Source: Eledone cirrhosa
Taxonomy: Eukaryota
Assembly (NCBI GenBank): GCA_964016885.1
Contig: CAXHJY010001587.1
Span: 1 to 64,000 of the forward strand
Direction of reading: 5' to 3'
Length of the DNA stretch: 64,000 bases
Shown here: positions 43,699 to 59,394 of the stretch, in pieces
Layout: every line of letters starts with the position of its first letter
How positions within the stretch are numbered: the first letter of the stretch is position 1
The notes under the pieces: model-generated
Seen by the model: the letters and a program-made list of their open reading frames with translations, nothing else
The model's database searches: none
What the model was told of the DNA's origin: nothing
Position numbers and translations under genes: made by a program

Positions 43699-43792
<94 letters not shown>

Positions 43793-43794
43793 GG

Positions 43795-44402
43795 TACACG
43801 GGTACGATCAGGAAACCAACGTTAAGATATCACAGTTGAAACATCCAGTGTAGCCAAGACACACGTCAGGTGTGGAGCAAAGGGGGCGCTGATTGTTTCC
43901 TTCGACTACTGAGGCGTTTTACATCACAAATATGCAGCACATGTAGAAATAGTTAGGACGGAGTGCTATCAGTAAGAACTTCGGCGTCTTTGTGATGCAG
44001 TTCGGCTCAACACCGTATCTGCGGGGTCGCGAATCTGGCAGCCCTGCATCCTAACAACGCCCCAAGCTGATCCAAGGTTTCTTGCAAATGGAAGAGATTT
44101 CTTTCATTCCCTAGGCTCCCGATTCTTCAAACCTAGCTTCGTCTGACTTCTGGCTGCCCCTCAAAATAAAGATATCACTGAGAGGCCCCTGTATTGACAG
44201 TCAAGAGGGAATATGTGAACTGTGAAGGAGGTGATGAGAGCCGTACCAGAAGTTTCTTCCAAAGATAGAAGGTTCACGCTAGGCTATCTGTGTGGAGACA
44301 CAAGGGGCCTACTTCGAAGGGGGTTAGCTATTGAACCCGACCAAATCTGTAATTGTTTTTCCCCAGATCTAAAGTCGCATACTTTCTCGACAGCCCTCAT
44401 AC
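43795..44402 (+). pseudogene. Mariner-type transposase relic
   Basis: LASSDFWLPLKIK..LRG (YSPDLAPSDF-like) and GAYFEG, followed by a TIR-like end actttctcgacagccctcata. Confidence 0.7.
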
Positions 44403-44476
44403 ATAAACACATTCAAATATATAGTCGTGTGATGTGTTGGTCAGTGTATGTAAATACATATAAATGTGTGTGTGTG

Positions 44477-44560
<84 letters not shown>

Positions 44561-45173
44561 CATATATACACAATGTACATAAAATCACATCATAGGAGCG
44601 AGAACGAATGTCTGTGTGTGAGTGTCTGTTTGTATGTGTGCGTCTGTCCATATGTGTGCGAGAGAGAGAATTTGTCTCTCCCCCTTCCTTTGTCTTTTTA
44701 ATTAGCTACAAGCCGGATAAATTTGAAATTCCATAACTTTCCTAAAGGTGCCCAGAGGATGTTAAATTCTGCGATTTCGGCTGGAGGATATTTCGTTATC
44801 ACTGACAAATTTCTTACGATTTTTGACGTCCAAGCACAAATCGCTTGCAGCGTTCAGCTAAACGAAAGACGAGCGCTAAGCTCGTTTTTACACGTCTCTT
44901 GCGGATTTATGCGGTTCTTTCAAATTTTTAGTGTTTTCTGCCAGATATGCATATGTGTGTGTGTATGTGGGGGGGGGGGGAGGGAGAAGAAGAGAAGAAG
45001 AGGATTTATGGATACAAGGATAGAACGTATGTTTGTATATATTTTTTTGAATATGTACAGCTGCAGCATATTTGGAAGTATGTGTGTAAATATATATATA
45101 TATATACATATCCAAAATGTAGGCATGCCATGCATATTATATAAATACACACACAAACATACGTGTATGTGTG

Positions 45174-45273
<100 letters not shown>

Positions 45274-45379
45274 TATATGTACACACAAACAAACGTATAT
45301 GTGTATATACATGTGTTTGTGTGTGTATGTATATATATATATGTATTGTTATACTTGGGGAGGGTCATATTCATCGCCG

Positions 45380-45446
<67 letters not shown>

Positions 45447-45548
45447 CAAAGACACGTATGCGTGCGCGCGTGTGTGTGGTGTGTGTGTGTGTGTGTGTGT
45501 ACGTATATATATATATTTATATATATTTATATATATATATAAAGACAC

Positions 45549-45588
<40 letters not shown>

Positions 45589-45729
45589 ATAGAGCTACCC
45601 GGCGTTACAAAAAAATCGAAGTTCGAAGTACTCAATAGAATTTGCTGTAAGTGCGAAGAGTCTGATGTACCTAAGACAAGCAAGGTTACATTTACAGACC
45701 AGCTTTTTATTTAATGAAGTCGACTGGGT

Positions 45730-46140
45730 TTAATAAGACTTTTGGTCGACTGTTTCATAAGACTTTTGGGTCGACTCTTTAATAAGACCTTTGGTCGACA
45801 GTTTAATAAGACCTTTGGTCAACTGTTTAATAAGACTTTTTGTCGACTCTTTCATAAGACTTTTGGTCGACTGTTTCATAAGACCTTTGGTCGGCTGTTT
45901 AATAAGACTTTTAGTCGACTGTTTCATAAGACTTTTGGTTGACTGTTTAATAAGACCTTTGGTCGACTGTTTAATAAGACCTTTGGTCGACTGTTTCATA
46001 AGACCTTTGGTCGGCTGTTTAATAAGACCTTTGGTCGGCTGTTTAATAAGACTTTTAGTCGACTGTTTCATAAGACTTTTGGTCGATTGTTTCATAAGAC
46101 CTTTGGTCGACTGTTTAATAAGACTTTTGGTTGACTATGT
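45730..46140. repeat. 24-bp minisatellite
   Basis: Unit taagacctttggtcgactgtttaa. Confidence 0.95.
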
Positions 46141-46389
46141 TTAATCTATCTGAAAAGCTAGACAGATAGGAAACCTCTACAAAGTTATAAAGGAAACACA
46201 AACATGGGCGCTGTACCTGCCAGAAATAACAGCTAAATTTCCTTCAAGTCACGCTTATCCATCTTTTAAAAAAACGGACACATTAGGTAATGTAGTTCTA
46301 CATACATTTACAGAGAGAAAGAGACAGACAAACGGGCAGAAAGACGAAGAGACAGACAGACAGGCAAGCAGAAAGACGGAGAGAGAGAC

Positions 46390-46432
<43 letters not shown>

Positions 46433-46449
46433 GAGACAGACAGACAGAT

Positions 46450-47514
46450 TTCTGTTTATTTGCCACTAGGGCACAAAAGAAAGGGACATGTACATGGGTG
46501 GGGGGAGTTTACATGAAAATCGAGTAAGAAAAATATAACAAACAAAATAATAACAAGAAGGTCCTCAATAGGGAGGGATCGTTTTGGGGTCACACACACC
46601 CCCGAAAAAAAGTGTGCGACCCTTCTCCACGGGAGCACAAAGAGAGGGTGCTCCCTTCTTTCTGTTCCACCTACAGGCTGAGGTAGAGAGAAGGCCCATT
46701 CACACGGGCCATTCTCGCAACTTTCACCCACCTTTCATAAAACTGGCTGGAGTGGAGCACCTCTCTCTCCATCCTGATCCTTCTTCCGAAATGGTATCGG
46801 AAGAAAAGGACCAGTTGTTGGCCGGAGAGAAAGGTGTCCGACCTCAGCCCTTTCAGACGCGTCCACCATATAACCTCTTTTACCATGGCTATTACACAGA
46901 GGAAGACCGCCTCTCCTTCATTTCTGAAGGGGGGAGGCGGCTTGATCGTTACAATGGACTCGGTGGTCAACCTAATTGGTCCCACCCGTGACAGCAGTTG
47001 TTCGACATAGCCCCACAGATCGGCAACGCCCGGGCAGTGCACCAATGCGTGCGCGACGGTTCCCTCGTCGCGCACGCATCTGGGACAGATCTTTTTCGAG
47101 GGGTCCCTACCCGGGCGCCCGTGTCTGTAGAGCTTATCCCGAACGGGCAGCGCCCCTCGGTAGCACTGCCAGGCCAAGGACTTCTGGAAGTTGTCCATAG
47201 GTCCCGGGCCGAAAGTCCTACCGAATAGACTGGCCAGTTCGTCCTCCTCCATGCCTAGGGCTTCTCCGAGGGCGTCGTCGCACCCGCTAACCACCAGCCC
47301 TCTATAGAATGACGAGGTGGAGTCTCCGTCGATAGCCGGGTCCGCCTGCCAGAGAGCCGTGAGCGCCTGGGCACACTCGGTGTGCCAGTCGCCCAGTTTT
47401 CTCGGTCTTTGCTTCACCCAGGACTGCAGCTCGGTGAGCGAGACGAGCCTCGGGAAGGCTCGCCTCACAAACGGGGCCCACACCGGTTGACCGGTGAGGA
47501 ATACGTGGAGGTGG
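46450..47514 (-). mobile_element. 5'-truncated Tx1/L1-clade LINE (ORF2 C-terminus with zf-RVT) in a (GACA)n tract
   Basis: ORF 46671-47483: QKSLAWQCYRGALPVRDKLYRHG..CPRC..TVAHALVHCP. AATAAA lies just before the (TCTG)n tract, and the flanks are directly duplicated. Confidence 0.88.
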
Positions 47515-47628
47515 CAGACAGACAGGCAAGCAGAAAGACGGAGAGAGAGACAGATAGACAGAGAGACAGACAGACAGACAAACAGACAGACCTACAGACC
47601 GACCGACAGGCAATTCAGACGTAGTGTC

Positions 47629-47663
<35 letters not shown>

Positions 47664-47832
47664 TAAGCAGGCAGGTTTAGGAAGGAAGAAAGAGAGGAGA
47701 GGGAAACTCTATAGAAGGAGAGATATGAAGTTACGTTCAGATTGAAACATATGCAAATCTATGCAAATTAGCTGCGGACCAACAGCTATGTCATCCAAGG
47801 CTTAACAAACACAATCACCCCCCTCCCCCATA

Positions 47833-47909
<77 letters not shown>

Positions 47910-48144
47910 CCAGCCATTCTATTACATTTACATTAACATAACTCAGTTATTCCCGAAGGGATTGAAACCTTATCAGCGAGTTTTAAGCTTAAAATTTTAA
48001 TACCATTTGAATCTTCAAATTGTTTCTGTTAATCTCTTCCTTAGGTAAACTCACCACCAATGTCTAACTCTTCTCTTTTTAAATGTGATATATACATACA
48101 TATATACACACACATTATATATACATGCATTATATAATTATATA

Positions 48145-48176
<32 letters not shown>

Positions 48177-48936
48177 CACAAACATACATATATATATATA
48201 CACACACATTATATACACATGCATTATATACATTTATACACGAATAGATATACATACATATATACACATACATATATGTACATACATATATACATACAGA
48301 TATACACACACACACACATATATATATACCATACGTATATATACACATATATATAAACACATTATATACACATACATTATATACATATATACATACATAT
48401 GTACATATACATACATATGTACACATACATATATACACATACATATATGTACATACATATATACATACATATATACACATACATATATGTACATACATAT
48501 ATACACATACACATACATTATATACATATACATATATACACACAGATATACACGCACAATATATACATACATATATGCACACATATGTACACATACACAT
48601 ACATATATACACGCACGCAACCACACGCATATATACATGCACGTATATATATATATATATACACACATATACATATACACATGCATATATACATATACAT
48701 ACATATATATCTGTGTGTGTATATATATATATATATACACACACACAGATATATATATACTTTTTGTGTATGTAATGCACACACATATACTGTACATGAT
48801 TGAGTACATACACATATGTAGGGTAAATATATATCCACACTGAGTTGCACGTATGAATATATACACACAAAAATACATCTGAATGTATGTGTCAGTGTGT
48901 GTGTGCGTGAGAGTGTGGATGTGTGTGTGCGTGAGA

Positions 48937-48967
<31 letters not shown>

Positions 48968-49283
48968 TGCGTGCGAAACGTAAACGGGAGACAACACAGC
49001 AAACAATACAGTACTTTTATCAGTCTCATGAAGACGAAACTTTTTTTTAACGGCGGCCTTTACTCGCCTCATCATATCTACATCACTGGGTCGTGAGAGT
49101 TTTCTTGTGAGCTAAAGGTGTCACCCATTGCATTATCTCCTCTAGTAGTTTACCGCTATTGGTCAAGGGCTGCTTATATTTCGGACAGAGGCCCTCAGAT
49201 ATCGCAACTAGCCATCATATCTGGTGGCCGGATCGCTATCCGCCACCTACTACCAGTTCGCTAACAGATAACTATTATTTTAA

Positions 49284-49742
49284 TTTTTCATCCTTACGGG
49301 TTCGATAAAATAAAGTACCAGTAATGTACTGTGTTATTGCTGGCCTTGTGCCAAAAGTAGAAACAATTATTTTAATTGGCAGTATCGGTAGAGGTTCGGA
49401 CGCCATGCTTTGACGCATAGAGTTACGGCCCTTGCCATTCTGAGTTCAAATACCGCCGAGGTTAACTTTGCCTTTCATCCTTACGGGGTCGATAAAATAA
49501 AGTACCAGTAATGTACTGGGTAATTTCTGGCCTTGTGCCAATAGTAGAAACAATTATTTTAATGCCGTTTGGGTCGATGGATTGGCCAAGGGTCGGTAGG
49601 GGTCGAACGCCATCCTTTTCAGCATAAAGTTACGGTCCTTTACGGGTCTGAGTTCAAATCCCACCGAGGTTAACTTTGCCTTTCATCCTTACGGGGTTGA
49701 TAAAATAAAGTACCAGTAATGCACTGGGATAATTGCTGGCCT
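49284..49742 (+). mobile_element. Three tandem OK-type SINEs
   Basis: Core repeated three times. Confidence 0.85.
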
Positions 49743-49856
49743 TATGTGTGTGTGTGTCTAAAGGAGTGTGTGTTTGTGTGTGTGTGAAGGAGTGTGTGTA
49801 TGTATGTGTATGTGTGTGGGTGTGTGTGATAAGGCTGAAGCAGAAGGACAGAGAGA

Positions 49857-49901
<45 letters not shown>

Positions 49902-50115
49902 TTCATTACGTTAAAATAAGACTAAATACATTGTTATCCAATTACCTTTTACTGTTTGTACTTTTTTTGTCAGTCGTGACCTCCACGAAGATTTATTCCA
50001 CAACCATTCCCTCTAACCCACACTGTGTGTGTGTATGTGTGTATGTATATATCTATATATGAGTGAGTGTGTGTGTGTGCGTACGTGTATGTATATATTT
50101 ATATATAAGTGTGTG

Positions 50116-50166
<51 letters not shown>

Positions 50167-50218
50167 TTGGGTTGTGTATTATTCTCTCTCTCTCCCTCTC
50201 TCTCTCTCTCCCTCTCTC

Positions 50219-50256
<38 letters not shown>

Positions 50257-50572
50257 AGACCTTCCTTCCCGTCCCTCTCTCCTCCATTACACCAACCAAT
50301 TAGGACGAATCCACTTCGTTTCACAATGTTGACTTCAAAGGAATCATATTTCGCAGTAATTCTAACAAATATTAAACATTTTGTTTATTATATGTTTATT
50401 GTCAGTTTTTCTTTTCATTTCGTTTTTTGTTTGTTTCTTTCTTTCTTTCTTTTTTGTTATAAATCCTTTCACTTTTCATCTATTTCCATCGTTTTCATCG
50501 TTTATCGCATTTATTATTTTGTTCTTCTTCTTTCCTGCTAATTTCTACAATTAACAATATTTCTTAATAATT

Positions 50573-50727
50573 TCGCGCGCATTCTAAGAAGATGGCGGTC
50601 AGCAACTTCAAAGTGTCGTCTGCTCTTTCATTTAAGTCAGTGTTAATAAAACTCTCCTTGATTTTGAATTATTTTCTCTTTTATTTGTTGTTCATCTAAC
50701 AATTATTGAAGATATGTTAAGGTGAGG
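50573..50727 (+). promoter_or_regulatory. Possible TSS or first-exon region
   Basis: tcgcgcgc, a YY1-like aagatggcgg and a downstream AAG|gtgagg donor in otherwise CpG-poor unique DNA. Confidence 0.3.
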
Positions 50728-51432
50728 TGTTTAACAACAGCTTGTTTGTTCACATTTGCTCTCTACCAACCATTTCTTCTGCTCTTTTCCATCGTTTCTA
50801 ATACTATAACGAACGCTGGTCTGTTTGTTGATTTATTTATTTATTAAATTTATGGATGCAACATGGCCGAATATTTAAGAGGTTAAGAGGTTCATTAGGA
50901 TTAGGTTCGATCTCACAGCATGGACATTCTAGGTAGGTTTTACTTTGCATAGGGTTGACTCATACCTTGTGAGGGAAGTTAAGTTGATGTCAACTGTGTG
51001 GGTGCCCATCGTATGGATTGTACCTGTAATTACCTGCAATTCAAAGGGATAGACTTGTCCCAAACTGCGTCACCCTGATCTCCCTGAGAATTATGACGGA
51101 CTGGCTTAGTGTATTCATTCATGCATGCAAACATACATATATAGACACAGACACACAAGCATATATATATATATATATTTATATACTTACACACGAACTA
51201 CTGACCAAATAATATTTGGTATCAATGGGTTAAAGACATCTGTGAAATCAATTAGTGGTGAAGGTGGTGTATATATATATATATATAAATTTTGAGTATA
51301 TGTTGGTTGTATACCAACACCTTAGTATGCAGATTGGAGCACTCGACGAAGTACGCGGGTTGGTTTGGTTACTCGGGAGTAATGTAAAATAAAATAAATA
51401 AGTCAAATGTTTAAAATTTGGCTTCGTTTATT

Positions 51433-51487
51433 ACTGCTATATATATTTCGGTGACAGCCATCTTTGGCTGTGACCTCTTCAGGCAGT
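51433..51487 (-). ncRNA. Complete hammerhead ribozyme, family M
   Basis: actgc-CTGAAGA-ggtcacagcca-aaga-tggctgtcacc-GAAA-tatata-TA-gcagt. Tail runs to (TA)n at ~51288. Confidence 0.9.
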
Positions 51488-51788
51488 CCGAATTAGTGTG
51501 GTAGAGACGAGGTGTATAACTTCGTCAATACTCTGATATGCCCAGTTCCTGGTTGGGTTGTTATTTCACTGAGGAACTGGAATCATATGAATTCAAACAA
51601 ACGAATTTCAGTGTCAAAGGGCCTCTTCTCCTCTCATTGGTCAGTTGTTAGAACATTCCTCAGTCAAAAGTCTATAGAAATTCGTTCTGAGGCAAGCCAA
51701 TCTGTAGTTGTTGTTCTTGATATTGTTAGGTACATCTGGCCTCTATTCTTGTGTTGGTAGTGGTGTTATTTTAAACATTTGACTTATT

Positions 51789-51852
<64 letters not shown>

Positions 51853-53726
51853 GTATGTATATATAGACAGATAGATAGATAGATACACACACACCACACA
51901 CACACAGCCATATATATATATATATTTATTTTTTATCATTTATTTTGTTTTGACCAATTTAGCTTGATTTACATTTTTGGCTTAGGAGGTTAATGCTTTC
52001 TTGACCACTTTTTTAGTTTTGTATGGCTTCTTAACATATTGTTTAGCTCTGGTTGTTAACTATTGAGCACTTTGCCAGTGTCATTTCTGATTTTTGCGTT
52101 TCGTTTCGCCTTTCCTACCCGCCGAAATGCGATTCTCGCTGAATCTATATTTGTATATGAATATATATATATATATGTATATATAGACAGATAGATACAC
52201 ACACACACACACACCACACCACACACACATATATATATATATTGAGTGGGTGTGAAAGACCAAAGGTCATTATTGAAAGTTTCTGGTGTCGCAAAATACA
52301 TATTTTTTATCGGAGAAGGTAAGATATTTTTCCGCAAAGATTTGATTGCACTGTTTTGTTTCCACTTATGTATTTTTCGAAAATGTTATTTATTCATTAT
52401 AAAAATTAAATGATAGCATTCTATATGTAGGTGGGCCCCCTTCATTCTATATGTAGGTGGGCCCCCTTCATCTGGCAACCAATATTTTTAGACCCAGTCC
52501 GCCACTGCCTTGTGAGTGAAGTTAAGTTGATGGCAACTGTTTGGAAGCCCGTGGTATGGGTTGGGCTTGGAATTACCTGCAATTCAAAGGGATAGTCTTG
52601 TCTCAAACTGTATCACGCTGGTCTCCCTGAGAGTTACCTTAAGGGGTACACGGGTCTATGAAATGCTTAGTCATTTACACGACCATGTACATACATACAG
52701 ACACACACACGAATGTAAATATAATGAATATACTCAAACACACACATATAAGTATATATATAATGTATATATATAAACACACCCATATAAGTATATATAT
52801 ATAATGTATATACATAAATACACCCATACAAATATATATATAATGTATATACATAAATACACACATATAAGTATATATAATGTATATATATATAATATAT
52901 ATATATATATAAACACACCCATACAAGTATATATATATAATGTATATACATAAATACACACATATAAGTATATGTATATAATGTATATATATATAACACA
53001 CACATATAAATATATATATATAATGTATATACATAAATACACACACCTTTGGCGATGCCGAGTTGGTTTAAAGAGAGGGAAAGGGAGAGAGAGACAGATC
53101 GAGAGGGGGGATGGGAGATAGGGAGAGAGTGTGAGAGAGAGAGGGGGGAGATCGAGAGGGAGGATGGGAGATAGGGAGAGAATGGGAGAGAGAGAGGCAT
53201 ATCGAGAAGGAGGATGGGAGATAGGGAGAGAGTGGAAGAGAGAGAGAAGGGGAGATCGAGAAGGAGGATGGGAGATAGGGAGATAGGGAGAGAGTGGGAG
53301 AGAGAGATAGGGAGAATGGGAAATAGAGAGAGAGTGGGAGAGAGAGAGAGAGAGAGAGAGAGGGGAGGGGAAGAGAAATTTGTGTGAATTTTCTTTTTTT
53401 TTTAAACGCTCGGAGAAAATTTCTTGCGAGACTCAGCTCTCCAGCTCCTGTGTTCTCACCTTATATATATTTGTCTGTCTGTTCTCTCTGAGAATTTATT
53501 ACTCTTGCATGCATCATTGTACACATGTTGGTGAAGCTGAGAGAACAGCATATATATATACAATTATACATATATACAATTATACATACATATATATATA
53601 TATATAAACGAACAAACACATACAGAAAAGAAGAAAGAACGGACAAAGTAAAGACAGTGCAATAATAATAATAAGTAATAAGAGAAAGACGGGGAGAGAG
53701 AGAGAAGGGCAGAACGAGAGAGAGAG

Positions 53727-53840
<114 letters not shown>

Positions 53841-54404
53841 AACAGTGAAAGTGACGAGGGGGAGATAACACAGGAATACACGAAGGAAATAAATATAAAT
53901 AAATACAATACAATACATGAATAATTTACTGGAATAAAATAAATATCTTGTTTGTAAAAACTGATTTAATAAACAATTATAATAAATGGGAGATTTACGA
54001 TATTTCATATTGAAGCTGACTGCTGTGTTGTTTTCCGTTCACGGTTCTTGTCTTTTTGTTAACTTAGCTTATATAATATATAAAGTAACACACGAATTGA
54101 TATTTATTAAAAAAAAAAAAACTAATAGTAGAAAGGAGAAAGATTTTGTCAGTAGAAAATGCTGAAGAGATTCTTTCAGTGAAATATCAAAACATTTATT
54201 TATTTATAAAGAGGATATTTCCGCATTTAATAATGGCACCGGTTTCAGCATTATATGCTTTGTCAACTGCGGATATGCGTAATATGGTTAAGTTACATAT
54301 TTATACAAGTAATAATAATAAAAAGGGGAAGAAAAATTTACATACATATTTTGAGAGGAGTGTTCATATCCCTGTCTGTGTTTGGCCTTCTTTCTCTGTT
54401 AGTT

Positions 54405-54870
54405 GACTAATATATCTCTATATATTTCTACTGATATCACGACCCTCCTCAAGTATAACAATATATCTCTATATAATTCTACTAATATCACGACCCTCCT
54501 CAAGTATAGCAATATCTCTTTATATGTTTTACTGATATCACGACCCTCCTCAAGTATAACAATATCTCTCTATATATTTCTACTGATATCACGACCCTCC
54601 TCGAGTATAGCAATATCTCTTTATATATTTTACTGATATCGCGACCCTCCTCAAGTATAGCAATATCTCTATATATGTTTTACTGATATCGCGACCCTCC
54701 TCAAGTATAGCAATATCTCTATATATGTTTTACTGATATCGCGACCCTCCTCAAGTATAGCAATATCTCTATATATGTTTTACTGATATCACGACCCTCC
54801 TCAAGTATAACAATATCTCTTTCAACACGTGATTACCCATCAATTATCTCACAAAACAAATACAAAAAAG
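54405..54870. repeat. 50-bp tandem array (~8.5 copies) derived from a family F-like element
   Basis: Unit tactgatatcacgaccctcctcaagtataacaatatctctatatatgttt shares gaccctcc..aagtataacaatat with family F. Confidence 0.9.
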
Positions 54871-55273
54871 AACAGCTACCTTAATTTCTCGAAATCAGTG
54901 AGGAGGCCACTATGTGGTTCTTTTCTCTGTTAGAAATAACAACTAAATCTCACTCATATTAGATTTTGAAAAGAGAAGGACCCATCTACTACTACTACTA
55001 CTACTACTACTGCCACTTCTACTACTGCCACTACTACTACCACTACTACTACTGCTATTACTACTACTACTACTACTACCACTACTACTACTACCAATAT
55101 CACTACTACTACTGCCACTACTACTACTGGTATTATTATTACTACTACTACCACTACTACTACTACTACTACTACTGCAGCTCCGAATGAAAAATCCGCC
55201 ATATTTTAGAGAACTATTTAATTTATTGCACCCGCTACGACGCTCTGCTTCCTCGAACATATATATATATATG

Positions 55274-55415
<142 letters not shown>

Positions 55416-55453
55416 CATATATATGTGTGTATATATATATATATATATACATA

Positions 55454-55523
<70 letters not shown>

Positions 55524-57863
55524 TATGTGTGTATATATATATATATATGCATGTATGTGTGTATGTGTCTGTCTCTGTGTGTGTATATATACACATACAA
55601 ACACACATTTACATGCATATACACACATATTTTTTACTTCTTCCTCAGCCTAAAATGTCTCTTGTTTTCCTATTCCCAGCTATATGTCATTGAATGGTCT
55701 ACGACACTGACAGGCGGGAAATACCGAACAGACTTCGTCAACTCTCGGTGGATTTCGCTGAAATATCATTAAGTGTCATTGATTTATTTTTTTCCACACT
55801 GCTAGTGAAACCGGTGAGCTTTGCGATTTGTTCCGGCAACAAATCTTATCCGGATTGGCAGCGTTTTTTTTTGTTTGTTTTTGTTGTTTGTTGTTGTTGT
55901 TGTTGGTGGTGGTCTTTTTCTTTCTTATTTTTGGATATTTTTTTTTTGTTTGTTGATAATATGGGGTGTTGTAATTGGTGCTGTTGATGTTGTTGTTTAA
56001 GGGGTTAGTTAAGGGCACATTTAGTGGTGTAGAAGGTGACAGGGATTGAGTTAGGATGTCAAATGAATGGATTTGAATGATTGTAATGATGGTAGTGGTG
56101 GGGTGGTGGTGGTGGTGGTGGTGGTTATGGGGTAGTGGTGGTGGTAGCGGGGGGTGGGGCGTAGTGGCTGTTGTTGTGGTGGTGGTGGTGGTGGTGGTAG
56201 TGGTGGTGATGTTGGTGGTGGTGGTGATGGTAGTGGTGATGGTAGTTGTTGTTGTGGTGATGGTGGTGGTGATGGTGTTGGTGATGGTGGTGTTGGTGGT
56301 GATGGTAGTGGTGGTGGTGGTGGTGGTGGAAATAACAACCAAATCTTTAGTAAAACAAAAAAACAAATGGGTAAAGCTAATCGTTAACATATGCAAAAAG
56401 ACTGGATGGTCATGGTAGGGAGAGTTTTGATCATTGGTCTACTGGATCAGGGCCAACCTAGGGCTAAATAACAATAACACACATATATAAACAGACGTAA
56501 AAAATATATATAGACTTCTTCAGATAGATACATACACATACATACACATACAAACACCGACTTAGATACATTCATAAACATATACACACCTCCATACATA
56601 CACATGCATACACAAAAAAATATACAGACTTAAACACACACACAGGTTCATATATACACACACACAGGTTCATATACACACACACACAGGTTCATATATA
56701 TATATACACACACACACACTCAGGTTCATATACACACACACACACAGGTTCATATATATATACACACACACACACACTCAGGTTCATATACACACACACA
56801 CACAGGTTCATATATATATATACACATACACACACAGACACACAGGTTCATACACACACATCCATACCCAACACACACACACATATATACCCACACACTT
56901 GCTCTCTCTCTCCCTCTCTCTCTCTCTCTCGCCATCATTACTATTAGACAAACAAACACAAACACACAAATACACACACACACACACACAACCTTCTATT
57001 TCTTTCTTCTCTTCTATTTACTCTTCAATGTCCATTACACAACCCCCCCCCCCCCTACACACACACACATGTATATATATGTGTGTGTATATATACATAT
57101 ATACATGTATATATATATATGTATATATACATGTGCGTGTGTGTGTGTACACAATCTCTCTTTCACATTCTCTCCATTTCTCCTTCCTCTACCTTCTTTT
57201 CCTTGTCTACACTCTCTCTCTCTCTCCCTCTCTATTCCATCTTTTCTCTCCCCCTCCCCCTCTCCCTCTCTATTCCATCTTTACTCTCCCCTTCTCCCTT
57301 TTCCTCACAATATTCCAATTACATTTTACTCAATTCTCCCCAACATCATTCCTCATAAATCCAACAACCTCCACCCCACCACCACCACTACACCTCCCCA
57401 TCGCCAACCCCCAACCCCACACACCACCCCACACCACCACACCTCCCAACCCCACCCCACCACCCCTCCAACGTCAATCATTTCATTTTCTTTTTCCTTT
57501 CTTTGCGTGTTTTTTTCCTCTTTCTAGTTTTCTTCAGCTATAATCCCCCCCCCCCTATATTATTTCTCTCTCTATATATATATACACACATACATATATA
57601 CATATATGGATATATATACACACATACATATATACGTATACACACCCATGTACAAATACATGTACATGTACATATAAGTATACATATATACATACATACA
57701 CATACATATATACACATATAAACGCACACGCATGTATAAATACATATACATGTACATAAACATATATATATGTATGTATGTATATATATATATATACACA
57801 TACATATATATATATATATACACATACACACACAAACACATGTATATACAGACATCCAAATAC

Positions 57864-57922
<59 letters not shown>

Positions 57923-57989
57923 AACATGCACATTTTTTATATTAATACAGAATCTTTATCTAACCATTCATTTTTTTCTCTCTCACTCC

Positions 57990-58487
57990 TAACACCACCA
58001 CTACCACTACTACTGCTACTACTACCACTACCACTACTACTACTACTACTACTACCACTACTACAACTACTACTACCACTATCACTACCACTACTACTAC
58101 TACTACCACTACCACTACCACTACTACAACTACTACCACTATCACTACCACTACTACTACTATTACCACTACTACTACTGCTACCACTACCACTACTACA
58201 ACTACTACTACTACCATTACCACTACCACTACTACTATTACTACTACTAACACTACCACTACCACTACTACTACTACTACCACCACTACCACTACCACTA
58301 CTACAACTACTACTACTATCACTACTACTACCACTACCACCACTACCACCACCATCACCACCACCAACACCACCACCACCACCACCACTAACACCACCAC
58401 CACTACTACTACTACTACTATTACCACCACCACCACTACCACCACCTTCACCAGCACCACCATCACCACCACCACCACTACCACCAA

Positions 58488-58529
<42 letters not shown>

Positions 58530-58556
58530 TACCACTACCACCACCACTACCACCAA

Positions 58557-58601
<45 letters not shown>

Positions 58602-58840
58602 CACTACCACCACCACTACCACCACCACCACCACTACTATTACTACTACTACTACCACCACCACCACTACTATTACTACTACTACTACTACCACCAACAC
58701 CACCAACACCACCACCACTACCACCACCACCACCACCACTATTACTACCACCACCACCACTACCACCACCACCACCACCACTATTACTACTACTACTACC
58801 ACCACCACCACCACCACCACCACCACCACTACCATCACCC
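57990..58840. repeat. (ACT/ACC)n trinucleotide tract
   Basis: Direct inspection. Confidence 0.95.
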
Positions 58841-59039
58841 CCTCCCTACATCTATTTATCTCTATCTATTCTTCTTTACCACTCTACCAATAATGCCTTC
58901 CTATCTACCATTTCTATTTATATATCGAAAAATCTATTTATCTTTATATATACATACATATATATATATACATGTATATATACATACATATATATATATA
59001 CATGTATATATACATACATATATATATATACATGTATAT

Positions 59040-59084
<45 letters not shown>

Positions 59085-59267
59085 TGTATATATACATACA
59101 TAAATATACATGCATGTATATATACATGCATGTATATATATATATGTATGTATATATACATGCATGTATATATATATATGTATGTATATATACATGCATG
59201 TAAATACATATATATATATATATACATGCATGTATATATACATACATATATATACATGCATGTATAT

Positions 59268-59299
<32 letters not shown>

Positions 59300-59394
59300 A
59301 TGCATGTATATATATATACATGCATGTATATATACATACATATATATACATGCATGTATATATACATAGATATATATGCATGTATATATGGTGG

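Noticed and set aside
44706-44945. Unique open frame on the + strand after an AG
   Set aside because: No clear donor or recognisable homology; left uncalled.
55755-55825. CTGAAAT...GAAAccggTG
   Set aside because: NUG is not a cleavable triplet and the stems do not pair.
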